DNA from: Candidatus Nomurabacteria bacterium
GTDB lineage: Bacteria; Patescibacteriota; Saccharimonadia; JAGOAT01
Assembly (NCBI GenBank): GCA_020639315.1
Contig: JACKGM010000001.1
Location: forward strand, 225,878 to 289,877
Direction: 5' to 3'
DNA length: 64,000 nt
Shown here: one piece after another, positions 46,778 through 56,187 of the stretch
Layout: every line of letters starts with the position of its first letter
How positions within the stretch are numbered: position 1 is the first letter of the stretch
Notes under the pieces: generated by a model
What the model was told of the DNA's origin: nothing
Databases searched by the model: none
Seen by the model: the letters and a program-made list of their open reading frames with translations, nothing else
Program-made: the position numbers and the translations under genes

Positions 46778-47155
46778 TTGCTTGGTGTAGTCAGCAGTAT
46801 TCGAGCTGCTTTCGCTAAGCTATTTTTGGATAAGGCAATATTTGGGCTTGCTATTACTGGATTTAGTATACTCACTTTGATCCTTGGGCTGGCATTTTTT
46901 AGAGTTCGACCAAGTGCGATTGAGATTCCACTTGGGTTTAACTCCTATCTCAAGGTAGATAATCTTGGGTCTTGGTATCAGATATTTTACTTGCCAGCAT
47001 TTGGTCTAGTATGTATCATGGCCAATCTAGCGCTGGTGATTAACCCAGATACGAGTAGGAGGTTGGCTCAGTATTTACTCTTGGCGACAAATTTGATTTT
47101 GATCCTGATTTTGGTCATTGTGATCAATCTAACTAGTCTAACCTTCATCCGATGA
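46778..47155 (+). CDS. Small polytopic membrane protein (hypothetical).
   Basis: Three predicted TM helices. Start placed at TTG 46778, 7 nt after a GGAG motif and directly after the upstream stop. The track ATG at 46703 would overlap the upstream gene by 70 nt. Confidence 0.35.
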   Translation: MLGVVSSIRAAFAKLFLDKAIFGLAITGFSILTLILGLAFFRVRPSAIEIPLGFNSYLKVDNLGSWYQIFYLPAFGLVCIMANLALVINPDTSRRLAQYLLLATNLILILILVIVINLTSLTFIR

Positions 47156-48063
47156 GAAAATATTTGGCTGGTATTATCTGGTCCCTGATGGTGGGGTTGG
47201 TAGTGGCAACAATTGCTAGTATATATTATATTTATATTCAAAATACCGATAAGTTGACCAAGGAAATATCTAGTGATTGGCAGAGTCTAATCGAGGGTTC
47301 AGACAAACTAATCCAAGATGTAGATCAGTCACTAGCTAGTTTTGATTATCAGGCGATTGGTCAGTATTTTACTCAGTACTATAAGCTGGTCGAGGCCCAG
47401 AAGAGTAGCTTGGCTGAGGATAGAGGTAGACTGGTTGATCAAAACCTGCTGATTAATTACCGAGATTTTTTGGATTATTATTGGAAGTATACTAGGCAGA
47501 TTGAGGCAATGGCTACCAACCTTGCTTTGCTCAAGAGTCAAGATTTTTCTGAGCTAAATATCGTCCGTGAGGATGCCAAAAATCGTAGTCTGGAGTTGGT
47601 GGGGGATTTTGAGATTATTAGTCCTGAATTACCAGAGAAAGTTTGGGATTTTGACTTGATATTTGATCAGGGCAAGGAGGCCTTGGATAAGCAAGTAGAT
47701 CAAGGTGAGATAACCCAAGAGCTGCAAGATAGCAATCTGGATACAATACGGGAGACCACCACTACTATTCTAGAAGCCTGGATTGATTCTGAGCTTTCGG
47801 TAGTCAAGGCTTACTATGCTGATGATCTGGCCAAAAAGATTGATTTTGACCAGATGATCAAGGGGTCTAGAAAGTATCAAATTCCTGAAAAGTTTAGTAT
47901 AGACTATATCGAGAGAGTAGACGACCAGTATCTGGTAGGGTTCAAGATGTTTTATGCTTTTCCGGGTGAGAATGGTCAGTACAGTGCGATTCAGTCTAGT
48001 GTATTTTATTTTGCGTATGATCAAGAGCTAGAGCTTTGGTTGATAGTTGATCAAAAAGTCTAA
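47152..48063 (+). CDS. Hypothetical N-terminally anchored protein (303 aa).
   Basis: ORF with TM IIWSLMVGLVVATIASIYYIYI. No recognisable domain. A 4-nt overlap with the upstream gene suggests coupling. Confidence 0.5.
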   Translation: MRKYLAGIIWSLMVGLVVATIASIYYIYIQNTDKLTKEISSDWQSLIEGSDKLIQDVDQSLASFDYQAIGQYFTQYYKLVEAQKSSLAEDRGRLVDQNLLINYRDFLDYYWKYTRQIEAMATNLALLKSQDFSELNIVREDAKNRSLELVGDFEIISPELPEKVWDFDLIFDQGKEALDKQVDQGEITQELQDSNLDTIRETTTTILEAWIDSELSVVKAYYADDLAKKIDFDQMIKGSRKYQIPEKFSIDYIERVDDQYLVGFKMFYAFPGENGQYSAIQSSVFYFAYDQELELWLIVDQKV

Positions 48064-48089
48064 GACTAGATTGAAAATTTAGAAATGCA

Positions 48090-48346
48090 AAATACTGGAT
48101 CCCCCGTAAGTTCTCCGAACTTCGGAGGATGACAAGACAAGGGGCGGGTTTCGGAGGATGACGATGCCTCCTCCCCGTGTCATCTTCGGATTTCTCTAAA
48201 AGAGAAATACCGGAGATCCAGTATTTGGATTGAATAATGAGGAATGCAAAATACTGGATCCCCCGTAAGTTCTCCGAACTTCGGAGGATGACAAGAGATG
48301 AGTCATATTCCAAAATCTCGCAGGGATTTATGGGATATCTAGTACT
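48090..48346. mobile_element. MITE/REP-like family 1 cluster.
   Basis: Same signatures, with forward arms at 48090 and 48252 and a reverse arm at about 48213. Confidence 0.75.
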
Positions 48347-48377
48347 ACAGTAATAAATAAGAGTTGTCAGTTTATAT

Positions 48378-48452
48378 TGGAGCGGGTGACGGGAATCGAA
48401 CCCGTATCCTCAGCTTGGAAGGCTGATATAATAGCCGTTATACAACACCCGC
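48378..48452 (-). tRNA. tRNA-Gly (anticodon UCC), 75 nt with encoded CCA. The alternative register would give Trp(CCA).
   Basis: Reverse complement GCGGGTGTTGTATAACGGCTATTATATCAGCCTTCCAAGCTGAGGATACGGGTTCGATTCCCGTCACCCGCTCCA. The 7-bp acceptor stem is GCGGGTG/CACCCGC. The anticodon stem TCAGC/GCTGA has loop CTTCCAA (U33, anticodon UCC, A37). The T-arm is ACGGG-TTCGATT-CCCGT. Discriminator U73 is typical of tRNA-Gly. Confidence 0.7.
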
Positions 48453-48512
48453 ATAGGTAATTTGTCCGTTAACAAGCCTGATTCTATAATACCTTATTTT
48501 GATAATATTTGC

Positions 48513-48518
48513 TATACT
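48513..48518 (+). promoter_or_regulatory. TATACT -10-like hexamer 6 nt upstream of valS ATG 48525 (leaderless).
   Basis: Read directly. This supports the downstream start for valS. Confidence 0.35.
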
Positions 48519-48524
48519 AATCTT

Positions 48525-51119
48525 ATGCTAGATAAAGTATACAAGCCCCAAGACTACGAAGATCAGATTTATCAGAAGTGGCAAGACTCAAGTGCTTTTG
48601 TCCCAAGTGACGATCAGAGCAAAGGAGTTTTTTCTATCCCGATGCCTCCTCCCAATGCTACTGGAGTATTGCATATTGGACACTGTCTAATGCTGGCAAT
48701 CCAGGATTCTTTAGTCAGATACAATCGGATGCAAGGCAAATCCACACTCTGGATACCGGGGACTGATCATGCTGGCTTGGCTACCAATGCAGTGATTGAA
48801 AAGCAATTAGCCGAGCAGGGGACAAACAAATATGAGTTGGGGCGTGAAGCCTTTGTCAAACGGACCAAAGAATTCGTCGAGAATAGTCGAGGGACCATTA
48901 ACGAGCAGATCAAGCTAATGGGGGCAAGCTGTGATTGGTCTAGAGAGCGTTATACTTTTGATCCCGCCATGAATCAGATTGTCAGCCGAGTCTTTGTCAA
49001 GATGTATCATGATGGTTTAATTTACAGAGGACATCGGATAGTCAATTGGGATCCCAATTTGATGACCAATGTTTCAGATGATGAGGTAGAGCACATCTTG
49101 GAAAAAGCTAATCTTTATTATTTCAAATTTGGCCCATTTGTGATCTCGACTGCTCGACCTGAGACAAAGTTTGGGGATAAGTATATAGTAGTTCACCCAG
49201 ATGATCCTAGATATCAAGATTACCAACATCGTCAGGAACTGGAGGTGGAGTGGATCTTCGGTAAGACCAAGATCACAGTGATCAAGGATTCAGCGATAGA
49301 TATGGAATTTGGAACTGGTGCGATGACTATTACTCCCTGGCATGATGCTCTAGACTTTGAGATAGCTGTTCGGCATGATTTGGATAAGGAGCAGGTGATT
49401 GACTTTGATGGCAAAATGCTTGGGATTGCGGGTGAATGCCAAGGGATGACTATCTTGGAGGCAAGAGAGCGGGTGGTGGAAATTCTGGATCATAAAGGGT
49501 TACTAGTCAAAGTCGATCCAAATTATCAACATAGTATTGCCATCAATTCTCGCAACAAAGGCATAATCGAGCCGCAAATTCGCTTGCAATGGTTTGTAGA
49601 TGTCAACCGTAAAGCTATTGACTGGAAAGGTCAAAAGCAAAGCTTGAAGGAAGTAATGCAAGTAGTGATCAGGGATCACTCGATTGAGATTATCCCGGAA
49701 TATTTTGATAAGACATATTTTGCCTGGATTGATAACCTTAAAGACTGGTGTATATCAAGGCAAATTTGGTGGGGACATCAGATACCAGTCTGGTATCGTG
49801 AGGGTCAAATCTATGTGGATACAGTACCGCCTAAGGATGACGATAAAGGTCAGTGGGAGCAAGATCCAGATACCCTAGATACATGGTTTAGCTCTGGTCT
49901 TTGGAGCTGGAGTACTTTGATTGATCAGGAGCTTGGGGCAGATTCAAATTTATCTCTTGACCAATTACTTGAGATGAGCAGTGATTACCAAAAATATCAT
50001 CCAGTTTCTTTGCTTGAGACTGGTTATGATATCATATTTTTCTGGGTCGCTAGGATGATACTTATGACCACCTATTCTACTGGTCAAATCCCCTTCAAAA
50101 AAGTCTATTTGCATGGTCTGGTTCGGACTAAATCAGGCAAGAAGATGAGTAAATCAGACCCATCAACAATTATTGACCCTCTGGAGGTAGTGCCAGAATA
50201 TGGTGCAGATGCTCTGAGGTTAGCGATGTTGGTCGGGCTAAGTCCAGGTAGTGATAGCAAGATCTATCTTGAAAAGATTGCCAAGCATCGTAATTTTTGT
50301 AATAAGCTTTGGAATGTAGCTAGATACTTGGAGTCACTGCCAGCTGACAAAAAGCAAGACGCTAGCATTCGTAGCTCTCATGACTACTATATCGTTCAGA
50401 GGTTAAATCAACTGATGGTTGAGGTCAATGCTGGTTTTGAGTCATATAACCTATCGGTAGTCGGCCAAAGCCTGGAAAGCTTTTTGTGGGATGATTTTGC
50501 AGATTGGTATATCGAGGCTTCTAAAGTCGAAGCCAATCCAACCTTGGCTAGAGCTATTTTGCTCGAATATTTGAAGCTCCTTCATCCTCTTGCACCATTT
50601 ATCACAGAGGTAATTTGGCTAGAGCTTGGTGGTCAAGGGCTACTTATCAGTGCAAATTGGCCAAAGACTTGGCCTAGTCATGCTAGTAGCCAGGTTGTCG
50701 ACTTTGGGCGAATTAGAGCTTTGGTCGAGGAAGTTCGTTCAATCAATGCTGAGCTGGAGAACTCAGAAGTATATATTGACTTTGGAGATTCTGATTTGGC
50801 TAGCGTTGGGTTACTGGTCAGATCTCTAGCTGGAGTTAGCGATCAGCGTCCAGATCAACCAGTCGTGCTGAAGTCTGTTACTAGTAATCTTGATTTGCTG
50901 CTTGGGTTAAACCAAGCTAAGTATCTTGATCAAAAACTGAAAGCAAAGCTTGCCCGCGAAGAAAAGGCGAAAAAAAGTTTGGAGACTAGACTGGAAAATG
51001 AGTCTTATCTAGATAAAGCTCCAGCTGAAAAAATAGTCGAGACCAAGCAAGATTTGGCCAAGACAAAACTAAATATTGATAGGCTAACAGCTCAGATTGG
51101 TCAGCTAGCTGAGCTCTGA
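48525..51119 (+). CDS. valS: Valine--tRNA ligase.
   Basis: HIGH motif PNATGVLHIGH and KMSKS motif KMSKS, with an editing domain and a C-terminal coiled coil. Start moved to ATG 48525 (MLDKVYKPQDYED). Confidence 0.9.
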   Translation: MLDKVYKPQDYEDQIYQKWQDSSAFVPSDDQSKGVFSIPMPPPNATGVLHIGHCLMLAIQDSLVRYNRMQGKSTLWIPGTDHAGLATNAVIEKQLAEQGTNKYELGREAFVKRTKEFVENSRGTINEQIKLMGASCDWSRERYTFDPAMNQIVSRVFVKMYHDGLIYRGHRIVNWDPNLMTNVSDDEVEHILEKANLYYFKFGPFVISTARPETKFGDKYIVVHPDDPRYQDYQHRQELEVEWIFGKTKITVIKDSAIDMEFGTGAMTITPWHDALDFEIAVRHDLDKEQVIDFDGKMLGIAGECQGMTILEARERVVEILDHKGLLVKVDPNYQHSIAINSRNKGIIEPQIRLQWFVDVNRKAIDWKGQKQSLKEVMQVVIRDHSIEIIPEYFDKTYFAWIDNLKDWCISRQIWWGHQIPVWYREGQIYVDTVPPKDDDKGQWEQDPDTLDTWFSSGLWSWSTLIDQELGADSNLSLDQLLEMSSDYQKYHPVSLLETGYDIIFFWVARMILMTTYSTGQIPFKKVYLHGLVRTKSGKKMSKSDPSTIIDPLEVVPEYGADALRLAMLVGLSPGSDSKIYLEKIAKHRNFCNKLWNVARYLESLPADKKQDASIRSSHDYYIVQRLNQLMVEVNAGFESYNLSVVGQSLESFLWDDFADWYIEASKVEANPTLARAILLEYLKLLHPLAPFITEVIWLELGGQGLLISANWPKTWPSHASSQVVDFGRIRALVEEVRSINAELENSEVYIDFGDSDLASVGLLVRSLAGVSDQRPDQPVVLKSVTSNLDLLLGLNQAKYLDQKLKAKLAREEKAKKSLETRLENESYLDKAPAEKIVETKQDLAKTKLNIDRLTAQIGQLAEL

Positions 51120-51149
51120 GCTGTAGGCACAAACGACTTAAAATGCGGG

Positions 51150-51343
51150 GATACTGGATCCCCCGTAAGTTCTCCGAACTTCGGAGGATGACAATCCTCT
51201 TCCCGTGTCATCTTCGGATTACCCGGAGGGTAATACCGGAGATCCAGTATTTGAATTGAATCCCATAAATGCAGAGATACTGGTTCCCCCGTAAACTCCT
51301 TCGGAGTTTCGGAGAATGGCAGGAGAGAAACGGGGGTTTCGGA
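51150..51343. mobile_element. MITE/REP-like family 1 element downstream of valS.
   Basis: gatactggatcccccgtaagttctccgaacttcggaggatgaca...tgtcatcttcggattacccggagggtaataccggagatccagtattt. Confidence 0.75.
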
Positions 51344-51389
51344 GAATAGCAAAAAAGAAATAGACTTAGAGGACTACAGTTGCCTCAGA

Positions 51390-52439
51390 TTAGCTATGCT
51401 GACGAAGCTTGTAGACAGATAGGATAATAGCAGTAGCTAAAATACTAAAAATTGCTACAGGAATACCAGCCTTGGGTAAGGTAGTGAGTGGGGTAACATC
51501 TTTGGTTTCTACCACAGTGTCAGATACACCTAAAACATTGACTGTCATAGTAGAAGTAGCTTGTCCACCATTACCATCATCGATGGTGTAACTGATCATA
51601 GTTGTGCCAGTGAAGCCATCAGTTGGTTGGTAGGTAAGGGTTCCGTCACTATTGATTGTAACAGTTCCTGACATATCACCAGAGGTGATTACTGCTGAAG
51701 TAACAGTAAAGCTATCATTATCAGGATCTGTATCATTAGCTAGTACATTAAAGGTCACTGCTTGATTTGCAGATACTTGAGTATTGTCTGGATTGGCTAC
51801 AGGTACTTGATTGGTGCAGTTATCGGTGACATTGAACACAATATTATTGATAGAGTATTCTACATCTATCACACCATCAGAGTCTTCCACCGCTAGTAAG
51901 AATAGGGTATCATTGGTCACCATGATGGGGGTAGCAAAAGTCTCAATACCGATAGCGGGATCAAGCTCAGGGTCGATTTCTCCAGTGCCGAAACCAGCTA
52001 AACCATAGGGTAGGCTAGCAGAAAAGGTTCCGTCGGTATTGAGTGTAGCACCGCTGTCTTCACTAAGACCGATGCCAAACCCCTGAATCATGCCGTCGTT
52101 TTGAATGATTTCAATTTCTATAGTTGCTTGGTTGAGATAGCGAGTACAATTACTAGCTGGTTGAGGGACTACAAAAGCAGTATCAAATCCGTCACCATTA
52201 CCCGTAGATGCACCTAGCAATCCCGAGCTGACAGGAAATGTTCCATCAAAGCTCAGCAAGAAATCATCAAATGTATCGTCAGGACCAGACCCATAAGGAT
52301 CACCCACGATTGTTTGATTTTGGGACGGTGATACATCCAGGGTGGTAGTAGCAGCTTGGGTACTAATGATCGGCACAAAACTCAATAGAGCAATGGCTGA
52401 GTAGCTCAAGGCTGTTATTTTTTTACTAATTTTTGACAT
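51390..52439 (-). CDS. Secreted surface protein with an Ig-like/VCBS-cadherin-like domain and a C-terminal LPXTG-like (LPKAG) sortase sorting signal.
   Basis: Signal peptide MSKISKKITALSYSAIALLSFVPIISTQA. Block VPVANPDNTQVSANQAVTFNVLANDTDPDNDSFTVTSAV...TYQPTDGFTGTTMISYTIDDGNGG. C-terminus TLPKAGIPVAIFSILATAIILSVYKLRQHS (motif, hydrophobic span, basic tail). AAGGAG RBS. Confidence 0.6.
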   Translation of the reverse strand: MSKISKKITALSYSAIALLSFVPIISTQAATTTLDVSPSQNQTIVGDPYGSGPDDTFDDFLLSFDGTFPVSSGLLGASTGNGDGFDTAFVVPQPASNCTRYLNQATIEIEIIQNDGMIQGFGIGLSEDSGATLNTDGTFSASLPYGLAGFGTGEIDPELDPAIGIETFATPIMVTNDTLFLLAVEDSDGVIDVEYSINNIVFNVTDNCTNQVPVANPDNTQVSANQAVTFNVLANDTDPDNDSFTVTSAVITSGDMSGTVTINSDGTLTYQPTDGFTGTTMISYTIDDGNGGQATSTMTVNVLGVSDTVVETKDVTPLTTLPKAGIPVAIFSILATAIILSVYKLRQHS

Positions 52440-52500
52440 TTTTGTTTCTCCTTTTGTAATTTAATGTCAGTTTACTCTTTGATTATAATGCTTAAGCCTA

Positions 52501-53712
52501 TTAATGTAAACTAAAAAATATCAGGATAGCATTAGCAATCAAAGCAAGGATTGGAATCCAGATTGATTTGCCCAAAGGCAATTTCTTGTCTAGGCTGAGC
52601 TTGATCAGACTTAAGTTGACCAGGCCAAAAATCGCTAAAAGAATTGTACTGGTAATACTTGCTAGGGTGGACAAGTCGAACAGGTTGGTCAGAATAAAGA
52701 TTATGATCGCTGAAGCCAAGGTGATCCTGGCTGGCACATTATTGCGATTGAGTTTTTGGAGTAGACTAAACCCCATCCAGGGATGGTCGCGATTAACCCC
52801 GTAGATTAGACGAGAGACCATAATGATTTGAATCAATACACCGTTGGTGATAGCAGCTAAACCAATCAACCCAAGGATATTAAAGTCTACCCCGGTAGCA
52901 AGCTTGAAGACATCACTCAGTGGGGCATTAGTTTTTGCCAGAGCTTCCGTGCCCAGGGTAGTCTGGGCGATTATGCCTACGAGGAGGTAAACAATCCCGG
53001 CAATAATTAATGAAATATAGATCCCTCTAGGCATGTTTTTTTCGGGGGACTTGACCTCTTCGGCGACATTGGACATATCTTCAAATCCCAAGTAGGCGTA
53101 AAAGGCAATAAAACTCCCCGAGATTATAATCCCAAGGTTACCAATAATATCATTTGGGTTCAGGTTGATATCCAAAGGTTTTTGGTTGCTCTTGATATAG
53201 AGGGTACCAAAGATAATTACCCCAATTAGGCCAATGATTTCAAGCCAGGTCATCGCCCCAGCTATCTTAATAGCGCGATCCACTTGATTGGTTGCAAATA
53301 TCGCCATCAGCCCAATCAGTCCGAATAGAATTACTACGGGGCTAAGGTCTGGAATAAACTGATGAAAATAGCCAATAAAACCCTTGGATAAGGTAGCAGA
53401 AGAGATGATGCCAGAAAGGGCAATCCCCAGACCTGTTACTAGGGGTAAGAGCTTATTTTTGAAAGCCGCCTGGACATAGGCCGCTTCACCTCCGCTAGTA
53501 GGATAGGCACTAGATAGTTTGGCAAAACTATAAGCACTAAGTGCTGCTACTAGATTGGCCAGGACAAATGATACTGGCAAAAAGCTTCCTGCCCGATTAG
53601 CAACCTCTCCAACCAACACATAAATACCTGCTCCTAGAATATTCCCTAGTCCGTATAAGACTAATAGATTTAGGCTCAGGCGTCTTCGCAATTTTTGTTT
53701 TGATTTAACCAT
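52501..53712 (-). CDS. Amino acid permease (APC superfamily).
   Basis: 12-TM protein with LVLYGLGNILGAGIYVLVGEVA. Start moved to the ATG at 53712 (MVKSKQK), which is preceded by TATACT-N6 (leaderless). Confidence 0.7.
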   Translation of the reverse strand: MVKSKQKLRRRLSLNLLVLYGLGNILGAGIYVLVGEVANRAGSFLPVSFVLANLVAALSAYSFAKLSSAYPTSGGEAAYVQAAFKNKLLPLVTGLGIALSGIISSATLSKGFIGYFHQFIPDLSPVVILFGLIGLMAIFATNQVDRAIKIAGAMTWLEIIGLIGVIIFGTLYIKSNQKPLDINLNPNDIIGNLGIIISGSFIAFYAYLGFEDMSNVAEEVKSPEKNMPRGIYISLIIAGIVYLLVGIIAQTTLGTEALAKTNAPLSDVFKLATGVDFNILGLIGLAAITNGVLIQIIMVSRLIYGVNRDHPWMGFSLLQKLNRNNVPARITLASAIIIFILTNLFDLSTLASITSTILLAIFGLVNLSLIKLSLDKKLPLGKSIWIPILALIANAILIFFSLH

Positions 53713-53718
53713 AACCAG

Positions 53719-53724
53719 AGTATA
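53719..53724 (-). promoter_or_regulatory. TATACT -10-like hexamer 6 nt upstream of the permease ATG (leaderless).
   Basis: The minus-strand reading is ...gctatactctggttATG. Confidence 0.35.
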
Positions 53725-53879
53725 GCATAACAATCCTGCAAGGTGTCACCGTACAAAACGAAGCATTCATGGTGTGGTTGAGGTAAGAGTAAGGTTTTCG
53801 GTCACAAAATGTCTGCAAGGTGTCACCTTATAGGGTGGGCCGGGGGAGGGTTGGTTTTTGTTTTGGGGGTGGCGTGGTG

Positions 53880-53885
53880 TATGAT
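53880..53885 (+). promoter_or_regulatory. TATGAT -10-like hexamer 6 nt upstream of ruvA ATG 53892 (leaderless).
   Basis: Read directly. Confidence 0.35.
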
Positions 53886-53891
53886 AGTTTT

Positions 53892-54458
53892 ATGTTCGCA
53901 TTTATTACTGGGAAAATTAGAGAGGTGTCGGCTGAAGGTAAGCTAATAGTGATGGTCGGGGGCTTAGGGTTCGAGGTTCAGCTCAACCAAAGAGATCAGC
54001 TTGGTCTGGAAATTGGTCAGATCGTAGAGCTATATATTTATGAGCATATTCGAGAGGATCAATTTGGACTTTATGGATTTGTCGATAGTGCAAGTAAAGA
54101 GATATTTGTTAGGTTGATTGGTGTAAGTGGAGTCGGACCCAAGGTCGCATTGGCGATCGTTTCAAGTAATCAGACTGATCAATTGGTAAGGGCGATTGAA
54201 GATGGAGACCCTAGGTTGTTTGAGCAGGTATCTGGGGTGGGTAAGCGTACAGCCCAGAAAATTATTCTGGACTTGCGAGGCAAGCTGGTGATTGCTGATC
54301 AGAAACAAGCCAGTAATAGTTTGACTCAACCCCTAGCCCAGGCTCTTGAGCAGCTTGGGTATAAGCCCGCTCAAATCAAACAGGTTACCGGGATAATTGA
54401 CCCAGAACTTAGTCTATCGGATCAGGTCAAGCAAGCTTTGAAGGAGCTCAGGCAATGA
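53892..54458 (+). CDS. ruvA: Holliday junction branch migration protein RuvA.
   Basis: MFAFITGKI... start typical of RuvA. HhH motifs [16 protein letters not shown]. Overlaps ruvB by 4 nt. The track's upstream TTG extension was rejected. Confidence 0.8.
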   Translation: MFAFITGKIREVSAEGKLIVMVGGLGFEVQLNQRDQLGLEIGQIVELYIYEHIREDQFGLYGFVDSASKEIFVRLIGVSGVGPKVALAIVSSNQTDQLVRAIEDGDPRLFEQVSGVGKRTAQKIILDLRGKLVIADQKQASNSLTQPLAQALEQLGYKPAQIKQVTGIIDPELSLSDQVKQALKELRQ

Positions 54459-55450
54459 TTGACCATAGTAGTCCAAAGCTGGTAAATACTGAAGAGATTG
54501 AGTTTGAACTCAGTCTGAGGCCTCAAAGGTTCAATGAATACATTGGTCAAGAAAGAGTCAAGTCAAGTCTTGACTTGGCGATTCGAGCCGCCAAAAAGAG
54601 AAATCAGCCGATAGACCATGTGTTGCTCTATGGGCCTCCCGGTCTGGGTAAAACTACTCTAGCTCAGGTGATAGCCAATGAACTAGGGACTAGCATCAAG
54701 ATTACTAGTGGGCCAGCTATTGAGAAGGCGGGTGATTTAGCCGCAATTTTGACCAATCTCGAGCAGGGGGATGTCTTGTTTATCGATGAGATTCATCGAA
54801 TGCCTCGTCAAGTAGAGGAGATACTATATTCTGGCATGGAAGATTTTGTCTTGGATATTATGCTAGGTAAGGGGCCTTCAGCTCAAAGTGTTCGGGTCGA
54901 TCTGGCACCCTTCACAGTCGTAGCAGCTACTACCAAGTATGGAGGATTGTCGGCGCCTCTGAGGGATCGGTTTGGCTTGATTCATCATTTGGATTTTTAT
55001 TCTGAGTCAGAGATTGCTAGTATTTTGGAGCGTTCGAGTAAGATTCTTCAGGTAGATAGTGAACGCTCAGTCTTGGAAGTCCTTGCGGGTCGATCTAGAT
55101 TAACGCCACGGATTGCTAATAGACTTCTAAAGCGAATTAGAGATTATGCCGATGTTCATGGTCAGGGGAGGGCTACCCCAGATATCGTTAGGGACTGCCT
55201 GGATCTACTTGAGATTGATAGTCTGGGGTTAGACAAGAGAGACAGGAGACTAATGAAGGTCATAAGTGAATATTATGGAGGAGGCCCAGTCGGACTAAGT
55301 GCATTAGCAGCGACCATGCATGAGGAAACTCAAACTATTGAAGATGTTTATGAGCCTTATTTGATGCAGATTGGATTTATCAAGCGGACACCTCGAGGTA
55401 GGAGCTTAACCTCAAAAGGGGAAGATTATATTAAACTTGTTCTCCCCTAA
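54455..55450 (+). CDS. ruvB: Holliday junction ATPase RuvB.
   Basis: Walker [15 protein letters not shown], Walker [10 protein letters not shown] and the RuvB C-terminal winged helix. Confidence 0.9.
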   Translation: MIDHSSPKLVNTEEIEFELSLRPQRFNEYIGQERVKSSLDLAIRAAKKRNQPIDHVLLYGPPGLGKTTLAQVIANELGTSIKITSGPAIEKAGDLAAILTNLEQGDVLFIDEIHRMPRQVEEILYSGMEDFVLDIMLGKGPSAQSVRVDLAPFTVVAATTKYGGLSAPLRDRFGLIHHLDFYSESEIASILERSSKILQVDSERSVLEVLAGRSRLTPRIANRLLKRIRDYADVHGQGRATPDIVRDCLDLLEIDSLGLDKRDRRLMKVISEYYGGGPVGLSALAATMHEETQTIEDVYEPYLMQIGFIKRTPRGRSLTSKGEDYIKLVLP

Positions 55451-56004
55451 GTTCTCCGAACTTTTGGGGTGATAATGCCTGAGATACTGGATCCCCCGTA
55501 AAATCCTTTGGATTTTCGGAGGATGACAAGACAAGGGGCGGGTTTCGGAGGATGACAATACCCCCTCCCGTGTCATCTTCGGATTACCCGAAGGGTAATA
55601 CCGGAGATCCAGTATTTGAATTGAATACCAGAAATGCAAGATACTGGATCCCCCGTAAGTTCTCCGAACTTCGGAGGATGACAATGCACGATGCAAGATA
55701 CTGGATCCCCCGTAATCCTCTATGAGGATTCGGAGGATGACAGGAGAGGGGCGGATTTTCGGAGGATGACAGGAGTTGGGTCACCAAACCAAATTTCCAG
55801 CTCCTCCTTGGGTCACCAAACCAAATTTCCAGCTCCTCCTTGTGTCATCTTCCAAAATCCCGCCCCCTCCTTCCCGTGTCATCTTCCAAAATCCCGCCCC
55901 CTCCTTCCCGTGTCATCTTCCAAAATCCCGTAGGGATTTATGGGAGATCCACCCCGCTGTCATCTTCGGATTACCCGAAGGGTAATACCGGAGATTCAGT
56001 ATTT
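55449..56004. mobile_element. MITE/REP-like family 1 cluster with a distinct sub-repeat set (31-nt gtcaccaaaccaaatttccagctcctccttg x2; 33-nt tgtcatcttccaaaatcccgccccctccttccc x3).
   Basis: Read directly. Confidence 0.75.
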
Positions 56005-56175
56005 ATAGACCCAACACCCTGGCTTACCACTAAATTCCTGACCTATACTAGTACTAGCCACCTTTACTCCTTCTTCATATCAAAGGATATGACTCAGTCT
56101 TAAAGAAGACTATTACTTAGTCCAGGACCAAGAATTTATTGGTGGCAAGACAAAGTGTTGGGTCTATAAGTATGC

Positions 56176-56181
56176 TATAAT
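56176..56181 (+). promoter_or_regulatory. TATAAT 6 nt upstream of ATG 56188 (leaderless).
   Basis: tgctataatttttttATG. Confidence 0.4.
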
Positions 56182-56187
56182 TTTTTT

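Noticed and set aside
48378-48452. tRNA-Trp (anticodon CCA) reading of the tRNA.
   Set aside because: The only perfect 5-bp anticodon stem (TCAGC/GCTGA) places the 7-nt loop as CUUCCAA, giving anticodon UCC (Gly) with U33 and A37. The U73 discriminator also fits Gly rather than Trp. Trp remains a lower-probability alternative.
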